Of a stretch of 13,650 bases of DNA, positions 1-8,038 are shown one piece after another. A program made the position numbers and the translations under genes. Position 1 is the stretch's first letter; each line of letters starts with the position of its first letter. The stretch comes from a virus. Under the pieces are notes generated by a model that was not told where the DNA came from, did not search any database, and saw nothing but the letters and a program-made list of their open reading frames with translations. The stretch lies in UHGV virus genome UHGV-0359675; one strand, written 5' to 3'.

Positions 1-443
1 TCTTTGAATTTTGCAATCAGGCTGTCAGCCTTATGCTCGAACTGACCATAACCAGCGCCCGGCAGTGAAGCCCAGATATTGCTGCAACGGTCGATTGCCT
101 GACGAATATCACCGCGGTCAATCATCGGTAAAGCGCCACGCTCTTTAATCTGCTGCAATGCCACAGCGTCCTGACTTTTCGGAGAGAAGTCTTTCAGACC
201 AAGCTGCTTACGGTAGGCATCCCACCAACGGGAAAGAAGCTGGTAGCGTCCGGCGGCTGTTGATTTGAGTTTTGGGTTTAGCGTGACAAGCTTGCGAGGG
301 TGATCGGAGTAATCAGTAAATAGCTCTCCGCCTACAATGACGTCATAACCATGATTTCTGGTTTTCTGCCGTCCGTTATCAGTTCCCTCTGACCACGCCA
401 GCATATCGAGGAACGCCTTACGTTGATTATTGATTTCCACCAT
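1..443 (-). CDS. R: Endolysin R (lambda-type lytic transglycosylase), 3' end truncated by window edge
   Basis: Reverse translation from ATG at 443..441 reads [35 protein letters not shown]..., matching recalled lambda R N-terminus. Start overlaps the 3' end of S as in lambda. ORF runs off the window start. Confidence 0.88.
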   Translation of the reverse strand, partial: MVEINNQRKAFLDMLAWSEGTDNGRQKTRNHGYDVIVGGELFTDYSDHPRKLVTLNPKLKSTAAGRYQLLSRWWDAYRKQLGLKDFSPKSQDAVALQQIKERGALPMIDRGDIRQAIDRCSNIWASLPGAGYGQFEHKADSLIAKFK

Positions 444-750
444 CTTCTACTCCGGCTTTTTTAGCAGCGAAGCGTTTGATAAGCGAACCAATCGAGTCAG
501 TACCGATGTAGCCGATGAACACGCTCGTTATATAAGCGAGATTGCTACTTAGTCCGGCGAAGTCGAGAAGGTCACGAATGAACCAGGCGATAATGGCGCA
601 CATCGTTGCGTCGATTACTGTTTTTGTAAACGCACCGCCATTATATCTGCCGCGAAGGTACGCCATTGCAAACGCAAGGATTGCCCCGATGCCTTGTTCC
701 TTTGCCGCGAGAATGGCGGCTAACAGGTCATGTTTTTCTGGCATCTTCAT
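427..750 (-). CDS. S: Holin S (class I, lambda S107/S105 dual-start)
   Basis: 107-aa [37 protein letters not shown]... matches recalled lambda S almost residue for residue. The MKM dual-start motif is present (antiholin start 750..748, holin start 744..742). Confidence 0.92.
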   Translation of the reverse strand: MKMPEKHDLLAAILAAKEQGIGAILAFAMAYLRGRYNGGAFTKTVIDATMCAIIAWFIRDLLDFAGLSSNLAYITSVFIGYIGTDSIGSLIKRFAAKKAGVEDGGNQ

Positions 751-870
751 GTCTTACCCCCAATAAGGGGATTTGCTCTATTTAATTAGGAATAAGGTCG
801 ATTACTGATAGAACAAATCCAGGCTACTGTGTTTAGTAATCAGATTTGTTCGTGACCGATATGCACGGGC

Positions 871-904
871 AAAACGGCATGAGGTTGTTAGCGCAACCTC
901 ATGC
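871..904 (-). terminator. Perfect 12-bp stem hairpin followed by a short U-tract on the minus strand, in the Q-S intergenic region
   Basis: + strand GGCATGAGGTTG-ttagcg-CAACCTCATGCC at 875-904 preceded by AAAAC at 871-875, so in minus sense the hairpin is followed by GUUUUG. The U-tract is short, so termination is uncertain; it may instead be a processing or stability element of the late leader. Confidence 0.35.
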
Positions 905-1282
905 CACCCGCTTTCACGAAGGTCATGTGTAGAAGGCCGCAGCATAACTATCACTGATGAATTCAGGATAGCCAGTGGCTACGGCTCAGGTTGGGTTGTG
1001 GCGGTCGGTGCTGAACTCCGACTTAATGACGATAGGCGTGTACCGACGCCTCGTTTTACTTCCTCCGCTTTCACGGCTTCACCCTAGACCAGCTTTACGA
1101 AATCCTCGTAAACCTAACCGCGGCAGATATGACCGGCACGGTGTGCCATATCACGGACCGGCGGGTGTCTCGTTCACCTGATTAACGCATCAGCCTGCGT
1201 ATTCACCACAACGATAAGAGTACTGCGCGGCACCTTTCACCAATTCCGCGAGGTCTGCGGGTTCAATGCTCTTACCTGTTGT

Positions 1283-1369
1283 GCAAACAAAAAAGCCACC
1301 GTTGCAACTTAAGAGTCACTAACGGCAGCTTACCTTCTAATTATGGCTAAATGGATAATTGCATGTCAA
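1283..1369 (-). promoter_or_regulatory. Candidate late promoter pR' with a downstream T-rich terminator-like element
   Basis: Minus-strand -35 TTGACA (1369..1364), 18-nt spacer, -10 CATAAT (1345..1340), overlapping and just after the Q-like stop (1349..1347). About 40 nt downstream a weak stem is followed by CTTTTTTGTTT (1296..1285 in minus sense). The layout resembles lambdoid pR'/qut/tR'. Confidence 0.4.
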
Positions 1370-1865
1370 GGTTTTTAACAGCAACATGCTTAACTTTCTC
1401 AACACGTTTACGCATTTTGAAAGCATTTTGCATTGGCTGGTATAAAACAAATAATGACGCTTTCAGGATGTCGTCAATTTCGTTTCTACAGGTTGCCAGT
1501 GAAGGTTTTCTCCATCCCTCGCCACCACGTCCACACATCTTGCGTGGCTTTGCAGTCGCGTGATAGTAGGATGCAATTGCTCGCTTAGATGAACCATGAG
1601 CGTAGTAGCTGAGGAGGATGCCAAAGGCTTTCTTGTCAATGTACATGACGGAATCAACGACCTGAGAAATCAACATTCCATCATCATCATTACACATTGG
1701 CCTTGTCATAATTCTTCCCGGCTCTACGCTCTCCATGAACTTCGCTATTACGCTGCTCATGCGCTTTTCCAGACGACCTGAATAAACCCATGCGCCCCAC
1801 AGTTCAAGCCAGCCATTCAGCCACTCGTGCTGCTCTTTGGTGAGGTTTAGTTCTCTTATGCTCAT
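1347..1865 (-). CDS. Late-gene antiterminator, Q-like (P22 gp23 / Q-family, not lambda Q)
   Basis: 172-aa ORF with WGAW and C-x-DDD motifs recalled from P22 gp23-type Q proteins. It sits directly upstream of the lysis cassette. Its start overlaps the NinH-like stop in an ATGA motif. Confidence 0.72.
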   Translation of the reverse strand: MSIRELNLTKEQHEWLNGWLELWGAWVYSGRLEKRMSSVIAKFMESVEPGRIMTRPMCNDDDGMLISQVVDSVMYIDKKAFGILLSYYAHGSSKRAIASYYHATAKPRKMCGRGGEGWRKPSLATCRNEIDDILKASLFVLYQPMQNAFKMRKRVEKVKHVAVKNLDMQLSI

Positions 1866-2050
1866 CGTCTTCCCCTCTTGCCTTGTTTGACCATCAGGAC
1901 GCCGTTAACTATTACGTGACGCTCGCCTTTGCTGTCTCGGTTGTACTTGAGCACTGTTCCTCTTGCGCAGGAAAGCATCCTCGCCACTTCGGTCTGATTG
2001 CCTCGTGTCTGGATAAGAAGCTCTGGTATCGTTTGAATTGTGGCGTTCAT
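1862..2050 (-). CDS. ninH: NinH-like small protein
   Basis: 62 aa; the IQTIPELL...GNQTEVAR...RGTV.KY...H.IVN.VLMV pattern matches recalled lambda NinH. ATGA-coupled to the RusA ORF upstream. Confidence 0.65.
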   Translation of the reverse strand: MNATIQTIPELLIQTRGNQTEVARMLSCARGTVLKYNRDSKGERHVIVNGVLMVKQGKRGRR

Positions 2051-2409
2051 GCGTTCTCCAGTTCGGTGATTTTTATTCCAAGCCGTCCGCCTGGTACTTT
2101 CACACCACGAATTACGCGAATGTCATCGAATTGCTCGTCGTCTTCCGCAAATCCGGCGTGGATAAGGGAGTCGAGTAAACCTTTCAGGATGTTGTCGAGG
2201 TCGCGGCGGCGGGAGTCTGGAACGTCTGCGATGACTTTGATACGGAGTCGTGATTTGGTGAAAATGTCTAACTTGAGTTGGCGGATGATTTGCTGAACGT
2301 CTTTTCGGTATTTCTGGCCTTTATCGCTTATGTAATATTGGCTTCCCCGTCTTCGCCAGTAGGTATTCACCGACGGCGGGTATGGAAGCACAAACTGATA
2401 TTCGTTCAT
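2047..2409 (-). CDS. rusA: Holliday-junction resolvase RusA
   Basis: 120 aa with conserved LPYPPSVN, RRRDLDN and GGRL motifs recalled from E. coli RusA. Typical nin-region position. Confidence 0.82.
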   Translation of the reverse strand: MNEYQFVLPYPPSVNTYWRRRGSQYYISDKGQKYRKDVQQIIRQLKLDIFTKSRLRIKVIADVPDSRRRDLDNILKGLLDSLIHAGFAEDDEQFDDIRVIRGVKVPGGRLGIKITELENA

Positions 2410-2696
2410 GACTTAATCTTCCCCTCCCTCAGCAGTATCGCCTGCGTTCTGATCACGCCTTCGAGGTGGTAAAGTCTGGCGTCTTTGTTGTCGAGATTAT
2501 GGGTGCGTCGGTCGATTTCATCGTGACACGCACTACAAGCCCATGCACCGATCAGGTCGTCAGGCTTCATTCCCGTTCCGCAAATTCCAGCCATCCGGTA
2601 ATGTGCCAGAACTGTAGTTTCAGGGTTGCCATTGCATACGCCGTAAATACGTACCTGACATTCTCTTCCGCGCGCTTCTTTGCGTAGGTTAGCCAT
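2406..2696 (-). CDS. YbcO-like DUF1364 protein (Cys-rich putative nuclease)
   Basis: 96 aa MANLRKEARGRECQVRIYGVCNGNPETTVLAH...CSACHDEIDRR resembles recalled DLP12 YbcO. ATGA overlap with rusA. Confidence 0.68.
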   Translation of the reverse strand: MANLRKEARGRECQVRIYGVCNGNPETTVLAHYRMAGICGTGMKPDDLIGAWACSACHDEIDRRTHNLDNKDARLYHLEGVIRTQAILLREGKIKS

Positions 2697-3418
2697 TAAG
2701 CAGCCTCCCCTGTTACTTTCAGCATTCCGTTATCGAGCAGCTTTCTGGTCAGCCACTGTTGACCACGCCCGGTGATTTTTGTGGTGAACGATATCTGTAT
2801 TCCGTGATTTGTGTTGACCGCTGTTTCTTTCACTGTGAAATAGCCGCGATCCATATATTCCTGCATTGGCACATTGCGCCGGGAACCTGAAGCAATAAGG
2901 ATTTTGTGATCACGCATCCACGCAAACAGTTTGTTTTGACCAATACCAACAACCTTTGCAAAGTTTCCAATCAAAATTCCGCTGGCCTCGCCAACGCGAT
3001 CGGCAAACTCAACTTTAGGTGCGACAATTGCGAGCTGGTTTTCCAGTTGCATTTTCTGCTCAGCAAGATCGGCAGCAAGGCGCAACGCTTCCGGTAGCGT
3101 TTTGGGGATATTAACCGCAGCTTCTTCAAGCTCTCGCCAGCGGTCAACAAGGCGAGCGGTGAACTCTGGCGACAACTGGGCAACAACGACAATACTGTCT
3201 CGCTTACCTTGTTCGCCCTCGAAGACGTAATGCTCGTACTGAACATTGAACCCTAAGTTATTGATTCTTTCGGAAACCTCAATTTGAGGAAGCCGGATAA
3301 CACCATTTTTAGCCAGCGTTTCGATGGTACGTTTCACATTGTCATGACGCTTACCAACCAACTCAGCAATTTCAATGCTTGTCATTTTGATGGCATTGCC
3401 ATTCATTAACTCATTCAT
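2696..3418 (-). CDS. Phage antirepressor-like protein (Rha-type N-terminal domain, KilAC/AntA-type C-terminal domain)
   Basis: 240 aa. N-terminal MTSIEIAELVGKRHDNVKRTIETL resembles Rha-family regulators; the C-terminal half resembles the antirepressor KilAC domain. Stop overlaps the YbcO-like start (TAATG) and start overlaps the NinF stop (ATGAATGA). Confidence 0.7.
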   Translation of the reverse strand: MNELMNGNAIKMTSIEIAELVGKRHDNVKRTIETLAKNGVIRLPQIEVSERINNLGFNVQYEHYVFEGEQGKRDSIVVVAQLSPEFTARLVDRWRELEEAAVNIPKTLPEALRLAADLAEQKMQLENQLAIVAPKVEFADRVGEASGILIGNFAKVVGIGQNKLFAWMRDHKILIASGSRRNVPMQEYMDRGYFTVKETAVNTNHGIQISFTTKITGRGQQWLTRKLLDNGMLKVTGEAA

Positions 3419-3587
3419 CGTCTTCTTCCTCGTACATTGAGCTATTCGGATCGCTCATCAGTTCTGCGCAGCAGTGCTCACACATGTGAACTTCCAGCAC
3501 ATGCAGCTTCTGACCGCAGTTAGCGCACGTTAAAGCTCGCTCGACGCTTTCTTTCTGGCATTGAAGGGATTGGGATGGGCTAAGCAT
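3411..3587 (-). CDS. ninF: NinF
   Basis: 58-aa ORF translated by hand (below the 60-aa track cutoff): [58 protein letters not shown]. The CANCGQKLHVLEVH.CEHCCAELMSDPNSSM core matches recalled lambda NinF. Confidence 0.7.
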   Translation of the reverse strand: MLSPSQSLQCQKESVERALTCANCGQKLHVLEVHMCEHCCAELMSDPNSSMYEEEDDE

Positions 3588-3933
3588 TATTGGCGTCCTG
3601 CATCATGAGAAAGACAATCATGGCGGCGCGGAGTTGGTTTTCATCTTGAGTCATATGATATGGGGTGCTATCACTGCCAACTTTTCTATGCGCTGCCTTC
3701 CATAATCCATTTTCTGGCGCTGGAATAATGCCAATTCTGTTCTCTACGATAATCGGCTCTGCGTCTTCAGGATTATTGCAGTAGTCGTACCATCGATAAT
3801 TACCATTTGATTCATTGCCGACAGACCGTCCATCTGCGTTGTGCGGATAACCTAATGGTATTGCCCCCACTATCGCTTTAAATACTCGCTTGTTAATTTC
3901 AAAATCACTTAACTGTGAATAATCCATTGTCAT
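3580..3933 (-). CDS. NinX-like / DUF2591-type nin-region protein, likely starting at the internal Met ([15 protein letters not shown]...)
   Basis: ORF track shows 129 aa from 3969, but the Met at 3933..3931 forms an ATGA overlap with the NinE stop, the coupling pattern used throughout this operon. Position between ninE and ninF matches P22 ninX. Family assignment is from memory. Confidence 0.5.
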   Translation of the reverse strand: MTMDYSQLSDFEINKRVFKAIVGAIPLGYPHNADGRSVGNESNGNYRWYDYCNNPEDAEPIIVENRIGIIPAPENGLWKAAHRKVGSDSTPYHMTQDENQLRAAMIVFLMMQDANNA

Positions 3934-4106
3934 TTCCTCGCGCGATGTCTTAGCCACCGGATATCCCACAGGTGAGCCGTGTAGTTGAAGGTTTTTACGT
4001 CAGATTCTTTTGGGATTGGCTTGCGTTTATTTCTGGAGCGTTTCGTTGGAAGGTATTTGCAGTTTTCGCAGATGATGTCGGTGATACTTCGTCGCTGTCG
4101 TCTCAT
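3930..4106 (-). CDS. ninE: NinE
   Basis: Internal Met of the 78-aa track ORF gives [58 protein letters not shown], matching recalled lambda NinE. The start at 4106..4104 overlaps the NinB stop in ATGA. Confidence 0.75.
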   Translation of the reverse strand: MRRQRRSITDIICENCKYLPTKRSRNKRKPIPKESDVKTFNYTAHLWDIRWLRHRARK

Positions 4107-4543
4107 GCCGCCCTGTCTCCCCATCGCGCTTTCCATTCGAGAGCCAGTCGCGCTTCGTCTGACCACTTAACGCCACGCTCTGTACCGAATGCCTGTATAA
4201 GCTCTAATAGCTCCGCAAATTCGTTTACACGCATCCTGCTGGTTGACTGGCCTATTACCACAAAGCCATTCCCGGCAAGGTTAGGAACAACATCCTGCTG
4301 CTTTAATGCTGCGGTAAACACACACTTCCAGCTTTCTGCATCCAGCCAGCGACCATGCCATTCAACCTGACGAGAGACGTCACCAAGGCAAGCCCAAAGC
4401 TTTCGATTCTGGTCTAAGCTGCGGTTGCGTTCCTGAATGGTTACTACGATTGGTTTGGTTGGGTCTGGAAGGATTTGCTGTACTGCGTGAATAGCGTTTT
4501 GCTGATGTGCTGGAGATCGAATTTCAAAGGTTAGTTTTTTCAT
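4103..4543 (-). CDS. ninB: NinB (recombination protein, Orf family)
   Basis: 146 aa [55 protein letters not shown]... is essentially identical to recalled lambda NinB. Confidence 0.85.
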   Translation of the reverse strand: MKKLTFEIRSPAHQQNAIHAVQQILPDPTKPIVVTIQERNRSLDQNRKLWACLGDVSRQVEWHGRWLDAESWKCVFTAALKQQDVVPNLAGNGFVVIGQSTSRMRVNEFAELLELIQAFGTERGVKWSDEARLALEWKARWGDRAA

Positions 4544-4748
4544 GACTTCCCTCTCTAACAGATTTCAGGTTATTCCACTCCGTTACCGCACTGCGATAAT
4601 TCGCGGCCACCACAGCAGCGTGGTTAGCGCAGTAGATTTGGCACCCGTTCTCCATGTCGAATATTGTCGGTGATTTTCCGCATTTACATTTTTTGGCACG
4701 CGGTGCGTCTGAACACATTCCGTTAACGGTGTCCATCAGGATCACCAT
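4524..4748 (-). CDS. Small Cys-rich hypothetical protein, first gene after the tR2-like terminator (NinA position)
   Basis: 74-aa ORF with CKCGK...C...C spacing suggesting a zinc ribbon. Alternative start at Met5 (4736) has a GGTGA Shine-Dalgarno. The 3' end overlaps the ninB start. No family recognised. Confidence 0.45.
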   Translation of the reverse strand: MVILMDTVNGMCSDAPRAKKCKCGKSPTIFDMENGCQIYCANHAAVVAANYRSAVTEWNNLKSVREGSHEKTNL

Positions 4749-4760
4749 CGTTCTTAATCC

Positions 4761-4791
4761 AATAAAAAAGGGCTACTGTGTAAATAGCCCC
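4761..4791 (-). terminator. Intrinsic terminator between the helicase gene and the nin region (tR2 analogue)
   Basis: Minus sense: GGGGCTA-tttacacag-TAGCCC followed by TTTTTTATT. It lies 27 nt downstream of the helicase stop, at the position of lambda tR2. Confidence 0.55.
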
Positions 4792-4817
4792 TGTTATTAG
4801 CTCAGTGACGTAGATGG

Positions 4818-6194
4818 TCATACGTCCGCCCCTTGTGCATATCGTCTGCCACGCGCAGCAGGCGCATTTGATGCTGTGCAAATCTGTCTGGCTTCATCCT
4901 GGTCACATGCAACAAAGTGTCCGTTGCAGAACCGCTGGTAAACCGTACCAAGTGAGCCAAAACGGTTTTTCGTCACAATGATTTCAGCAAATGGCGCGGC
5001 GCTACTGTTCTCGTCATATACCGCTTCCCGATAGAGCATGATGATTGAGTCTGCGTCCTGTTCAATGCTTCCTGAATCACGCAAATCTGCGTTTGTCGGG
5101 CGTTTGTTTGGTCGCTTCTCAACATCGCGTGAAAGCTGACTTAGGGAGATAACAGGCGTTTTCAGGTCTTTCGCCATCGCCTTAAGGCTTCCTGAGATGT
5201 GGGCAATTGCGAGGTCGTTGCGATCTGCTTTCGGCTTCTCAATCAGGCCAAGATAATCCGCCATGATGAGTGACAGGTTTGGATTTTCCTGTTTGTGTCG
5301 TTCTGCGATTGAGCGTATTTCTTCGACCGATAACCGCGAGGCATCGACTACCCATACATCCAAATCTGCAAGCTGACTCATGCCGTTAGCAACACGCGCC
5401 CAGCCTTCGTCATCCATCGATGCAGGATTTCGCAGTACGCTAACCGACATCCTCCCGGCGTTGGCAATGCTTCGCTCTGCAATCTGCAATGCGCTCATTT
5501 CCATTGAGAAAATCAATACCCCGCGCCGGACGTCAGAACCAGGAATAACGCGGCTTGCAACGCCTTCGGCAATCTTCAGCGCCAGCTCGGTTTTCCCCAT
5601 ACCAGGACGAGCAGCGATTATCACCAGGTCTTCTGCGTTCATCCCTCCGGTGATGGCATCAAGTTCTTCGATTCCGGTCTTCAGGGTATCGGACTCTTCT
5701 CCGTTCCTCAGACGCCTGTCAAGCGTGTCAGTGTAGTCAGTAATGATTTCCCCTAACCGTACAGGTTTAACCTCGTCACGGGGCTTTCTGATGGCTGAAA
5801 GACGCTTTACAAGCTCATCCATCGCCTGACTCGATGCGTCGATGGTTCCGCTCTGAATTGGTTCACGCATTTCATCCATGATTTCCAGCACCAGACGGCG
5901 GTGATAGTTATCCGCGACCATTCCGGCATATCCCTTCAGGTTTGCGGCACTCGGGCAGTTTTTGCTGGTCATCAGGATTGCGGTGAAATGCTCCTCTCCG
6001 CACGCCTCGGCAACCATCAGCGCGTCGATTAGGTTTCTGTTTCTCGCCTGCTTGCGAATAACCTCGAAGGCTTTCCGGTAGAGCGGAATTGAAAACGCTT
6101 CCGGCTCCAGCGTTGCAAGAACGTCACTGGCGGTTGGAGTTAATCCACCAATCAGCAGGCCACCGATAACGCTCGCTTCGATATCCTGTCTCAT
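4818..6194 (-). CDS. Replicative DNA helicase, DnaB family (phage P-function analogue, P22 gp12-like)
   Basis: 458 aa with Walker [13 protein letters not shown] and DnaB-like C-terminal RecA-fold motifs. ATGA overlap with the upstream O-like gene. Confidence 0.88.
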   Translation of the reverse strand: MRQDIEASVIGGLLIGGLTPTASDVLATLEPEAFSIPLYRKAFEVIRKQARNRNLIDALMVAEACGEEHFTAILMTSKNCPSAANLKGYAGMVADNYHRRLVLEIMDEMREPIQSGTIDASSQAMDELVKRLSAIRKPRDEVKPVRLGEIITDYTDTLDRRLRNGEESDTLKTGIEELDAITGGMNAEDLVIIAARPGMGKTELALKIAEGVASRVIPGSDVRRGVLIFSMEMSALQIAERSIANAGRMSVSVLRNPASMDDEGWARVANGMSQLADLDVWVVDASRLSVEEIRSIAERHKQENPNLSLIMADYLGLIEKPKADRNDLAIAHISGSLKAMAKDLKTPVISLSQLSRDVEKRPNKRPTNADLRDSGSIEQDADSIIMLYREAVYDENSSAAPFAEIIVTKNRFGSLGTVYQRFCNGHFVACDQDEARQICTASNAPAARGRRYAQGADV

Positions 6195-7138
6195 GCAATC
6201 CCCCTGTCTGCAAACTTCCCTTCCCGAACTCCCGTTAACGAGTCTTCTCTCAGCAGGTAATCAAAATCAGCCGTCCAGCCCGTGTCGTTGTCTCCGAAGT
6301 AAAACGGCTTGGCCTGATGCACAAACGCCCTGACATACGCTCTGAAACCGTCCACGTTTGGCGTTTTCAGTTGCGGGATGATTTTCTTCAGGCGGCGTTT
6401 TCGTTTCTCGTTGACCGCAACAGCGTGTGGCAGTCTGTCACCGACTTCGGTGTTGTAGGCGTTCAGGAAGGATTCGTAGTCGATTCGTTCTGCCTTGCGA
6501 CGTTCAGGTTTAACCTGCCCATCGCCTCCCCCATTGGGGGGTAGGGGGGTATTATTTATATTCTTGTTAATACCTTCTTGTTCATGATGTGCGGTTGTTT
6601 GTGCGGCTTCATGTGCGCTTTCATGTGCGGCATGTACGCTGAAAGCCGCGCTATTGCTGGCTTCATCATGTGCGGCATCATGTGCGGTTGTTTGTGCGGC
6701 TTCATGTGCGGGTAAATTGTCCATTTTTTGAGCATATTCATGGTAATTTGTGATGGTTATCACACGGCCTTTTTGCTTCTCTCCATCAATGGAGATCATC
6801 CCCTCTTTCACAAAAACCTGAAGCATCCGCTCAACCTGATCACGGCTTGCTGGCTTGCCATGTCTGTCGCATAACTGAAGACCTAAATCAGCTGCTGTCA
6901 CAACCAGTTGACCGGGTTGCAGATGCCATTCATGACCTTTGAAATTCGCTTTGTATGGCTTTCTGGCGGCATTCAGGAGAAGGTTATCCCACAGGGTGCG
7001 AAGATAAACATCTTTCGCCCATGACTGTTTCAGAATGCTCCGGTACAACGGAATGTAACCAGTTTTCTGGTTCTCCATCCTGTTGCTCCTGCGCTCGTGT
7101 GCGGCGCTGAAATCGTAGATTTTTGCTGTATTGCTCAT
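6191..7138 (-). CDS. Replication initiator, O-like, with a His/Ala-rich repeat linker
   Basis: 315 aa. Position between cII and the helicase, and a central low-complexity linker ([16 protein letters not shown]...) encoded by the DNA repeat array, match the organisation of lambda O with its internal ori. Confidence 0.75.
   Translation of the reverse strand: MSNTAKIYDFSAAHERRSNRMENQKTGYIPLYRSILKQSWAKDVYLRTLWDNLLLNAARKPYKANFKGHEWHLQPGQLVVTAADLGLQLCDRHGKPASRDQVERMLQVFVKEGMISIDGEKQKGRVITITNYHEYAQKMDNLPAHEAAQTTAHDAAHDEASNSAAFSVHAAHESAHEAAQTTAHHEQEGINKNINNTPLPPNGGGDGQVKPERRKAERIDYESFLNAYNTEVGDRLPHAVAVNEKRKRRLKKIIPQLKTPNVDGFRAYVRAFVHQAKPFYFGDNDTGWTADFDYLLREDSLTGVREGKFADRGIA
6551..6711. repeat. Candidate origin of replication: 12-bp-periodic direct repeats (core TGTGCGG) in two clusters plus an adjacent AT-rich block
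   Basis: Core TGTGCGG at 6588, 6600, 6624 and at 6669, 6681, 6693, 6705, with variants at 6612 and 6633. Each cluster has exact 12-bp phasing. AT-rich TATTATTTATATTCTTGTTAATA at 6551-6575 lies on the gene-downstream side, as in lambda ori. Confidence 0.5.
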
Positions 7139-7140
7139 AA

Positions 7141-7413
7141 CTACCTGCCTTGACGAAAGACCTTAAGAACATCGTTAAACTGACTTACGGATATGTCTTC
7201 TTTGAGAAGCTTTTCCAGAAATGCGTTTGGAATGAACGTATATCCCTCCTCTTTTGGTAGAGACGGGAGCAACGCCCTCGCCTCAGCCTTCAGAAGCTCA
7301 GTTCTGGCAACTTTCACAAAAGAGATTTGAGTTCTTTCATCAATGGAACGAAGGAAGCGCAAACGCTTAGCTTCTTTGTGTGTATCAGGTGGATTAAAGC
7401 CTTTGTTTCGCAT
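7141..7413 (-). CDS. Hypothetical 90-aa protein between cII and the O-like gene
   Basis: Start at the internal Met (MRNKGFNPPDTHKEAKRLRF...) has a GAGGT Shine-Dalgarno 7 nt upstream. The longer 181-aa track ORF overlaps cII out of frame and is rejected. No family recognised. Confidence 0.45.
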   Translation of the reverse strand: MRNKGFNPPDTHKEAKRLRFLRSIDERTQISFVKVARTELLKAEARALLPSLPKEEGYTFIPNAFLEKLLKEDISVSQFNDVLKVFRQGR

Positions 7414-7424
7414 ATAATTACCTC

Positions 7425-7490
7425 GTTGGATGTTGTTAAAATTCCATTTGTATTTGATCAGAACGCTCGGTTGCCGCCGGGCGTTTTTTA
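7425..7490 (+). ncRNA. oop: oop-like antisense RNA with toop terminator, overlapping the cII 3' end
   Basis: Perfect -10 TATAAT at 7413-7418 on the + strand. Terminator CGCTCGG-ttgccg-CCGGGCG then TTTTTTATT at 7464-7492, inside the cII 3' end and antisense to it. This is the lambda oop/toop arrangement; the sequence matches my recollection of lambda toop. Confidence 0.5.
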
Positions 7491-7729
7491 TTGGTGAGAA
7501 TCGAAGCAACTTGTCGTGCCAATCGAGCCATGTCGTCGTCGACAACACCCCATTCAAGAACAGCAAGCAGCATTGAGAACTTTGGAATCCAGTCCCTCTT
7601 CCACCTGCTGATCTGCGACTTATCAACGCCCACAGCTTCCGCTGTCTTCTCAGTTCCAAGCATTGCGATTTTGTTAAGCAACGCACTCTCGATTCTTAGA
7701 GCCTCGTTGCGTTTGTTTGCACGAACCAT
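7436..7729 (-). CDS. cII: Transcriptional activator CII (lambda-type)
   Basis: From the internal Met: MVRANKRNEALRIESALLNKIAMLGTEKTAEAVGVDKSQISRWKRDWIPKFSMLLAVLEWGVVDDDMARLARQVA.ILTNKKRPAATERS.QIQMEF, matching recalled lambda CII (97 aa). Shine-Dalgarno AAGGA is upstream. Confidence 0.9.
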   Translation of the reverse strand: MVRANKRNEALRIESALLNKIAMLGTEKTAEAVGVDKSQISRWKRDWIPKFSMLLAVLEWGVVDDDMARLARQVASILTNKKRPAATERSDQIQMEF

Positions 7730-7745
7730 ATGTAAGTATTTCCTT
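7707..7745 (+). promoter_or_regulatory. pRE-like promoter with CII-binding direct repeat TTGC-N6-TTGC
   Basis: TTGC (7707-7710), GTTTGT, TTGC (7717-7720) on the + strand, straddling the cII start and oriented toward cro/c2. This is the classic lambda pRE -35 architecture. Confidence 0.6.
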
Positions 7746-7785
7746 AACAAATAAGAAGTTATGCGCATCAACTTATGCGCGTTGT

Positions 7786-7831
7786 ATTCCCGCATTTCGG
7801 CGGGAATGAGGACCATGACTGTTAAAGAGCA
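7786..7831 (-). promoter_or_regulatory. nutR: boxA (TGCTCTTTAACA) plus boxB hairpin
   Basis: Minus sense: boxA TGCTCTTTAACA (7831..7820), a near-consensus rrn-type boxA. boxB ATTCCCGC-cgaaat-GCGGGAAT (7807..7786). Lies between the cro stop and cII start. The same boxB core recurs upstream of N. Confidence 0.6.
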
Positions 7832-7837
7832 ATTTGC

Positions 7838-8023
7838 TTATGCCGCTTTGCGGTAAGCGCTTTCTTGATACTTCAGGGCGCCAGCTGTAACGACTTCCAG
7901 TCGATAGGCGTCTTTCTCTGGGATGACTTCCTTCCACTGAGAGACTGCTGCGTCGCTAATGCCTAACGCTTTAGCTACAGCACGCTGGGTTCCGAAGTGG
8001 TCGATAACATCTTTCTTGTACAT
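7838..8023 (-). CDS. cro: Cro repressor (P22-type)
   Basis: 61 aa MYKKDVIDHFGTQRAVAKALGISDAAVSQWKEVIPEKDAYRLE.VTAGALKYQE.AYR.AA matches recalled P22 Cro. Divergent from the repressor gene across the operator region. Confidence 0.85.
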   Translation of the reverse strand: MYKKDVIDHFGTQRAVAKALGISDAAVSQWKEVIPEKDAYRLEVVTAGALKYQESAYRKAA

Positions 8024-8038
8024 AGACTCGCCCCGAAA

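Noticed and set aside
542-766. + strand ORFs antisense to S, Q, the helicase and other genes (for example 542..766, 1351..1563, 1883..2296, 5380..5736, 3972..4370)
   Set aside because: Each lies entirely within and opposite a well-supported gene, lacks a ribosome-binding site and has no recognisable motifs; treated as chance open frames.
900-1340. Possible tRNA genes or a small ORF between Q and S, including the + strand 68-aa ORF at 975..1181
   Set aside because: I could not find a convincing cloverleaf or T-loop by eye, though without a tRNA-scanning tool this is not exhaustive. The 68-aa ORF is antisense to the late leader, Arg/Pro-rich and lacks a ribosome-binding site.
6556-6741. 61-aa minus-strand ORF with repeated HMKPHKQPH motif
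   Set aside because: An alternative reading frame of the iteron array inside the O-like gene; the periodicity comes from the DNA repeats, not an independent gene.
7141-7816. Longer track ORFs of 181 aa (7141..7686) and 126 aa (7436..7816)
   Set aside because: The N-terminal extensions overlap neighbouring genes out of frame and lack ribosome-binding sites. Internal starts at 7413 and 7729 have Shine-Dalgarno sequences, and the second gives a protein matching lambda CII.
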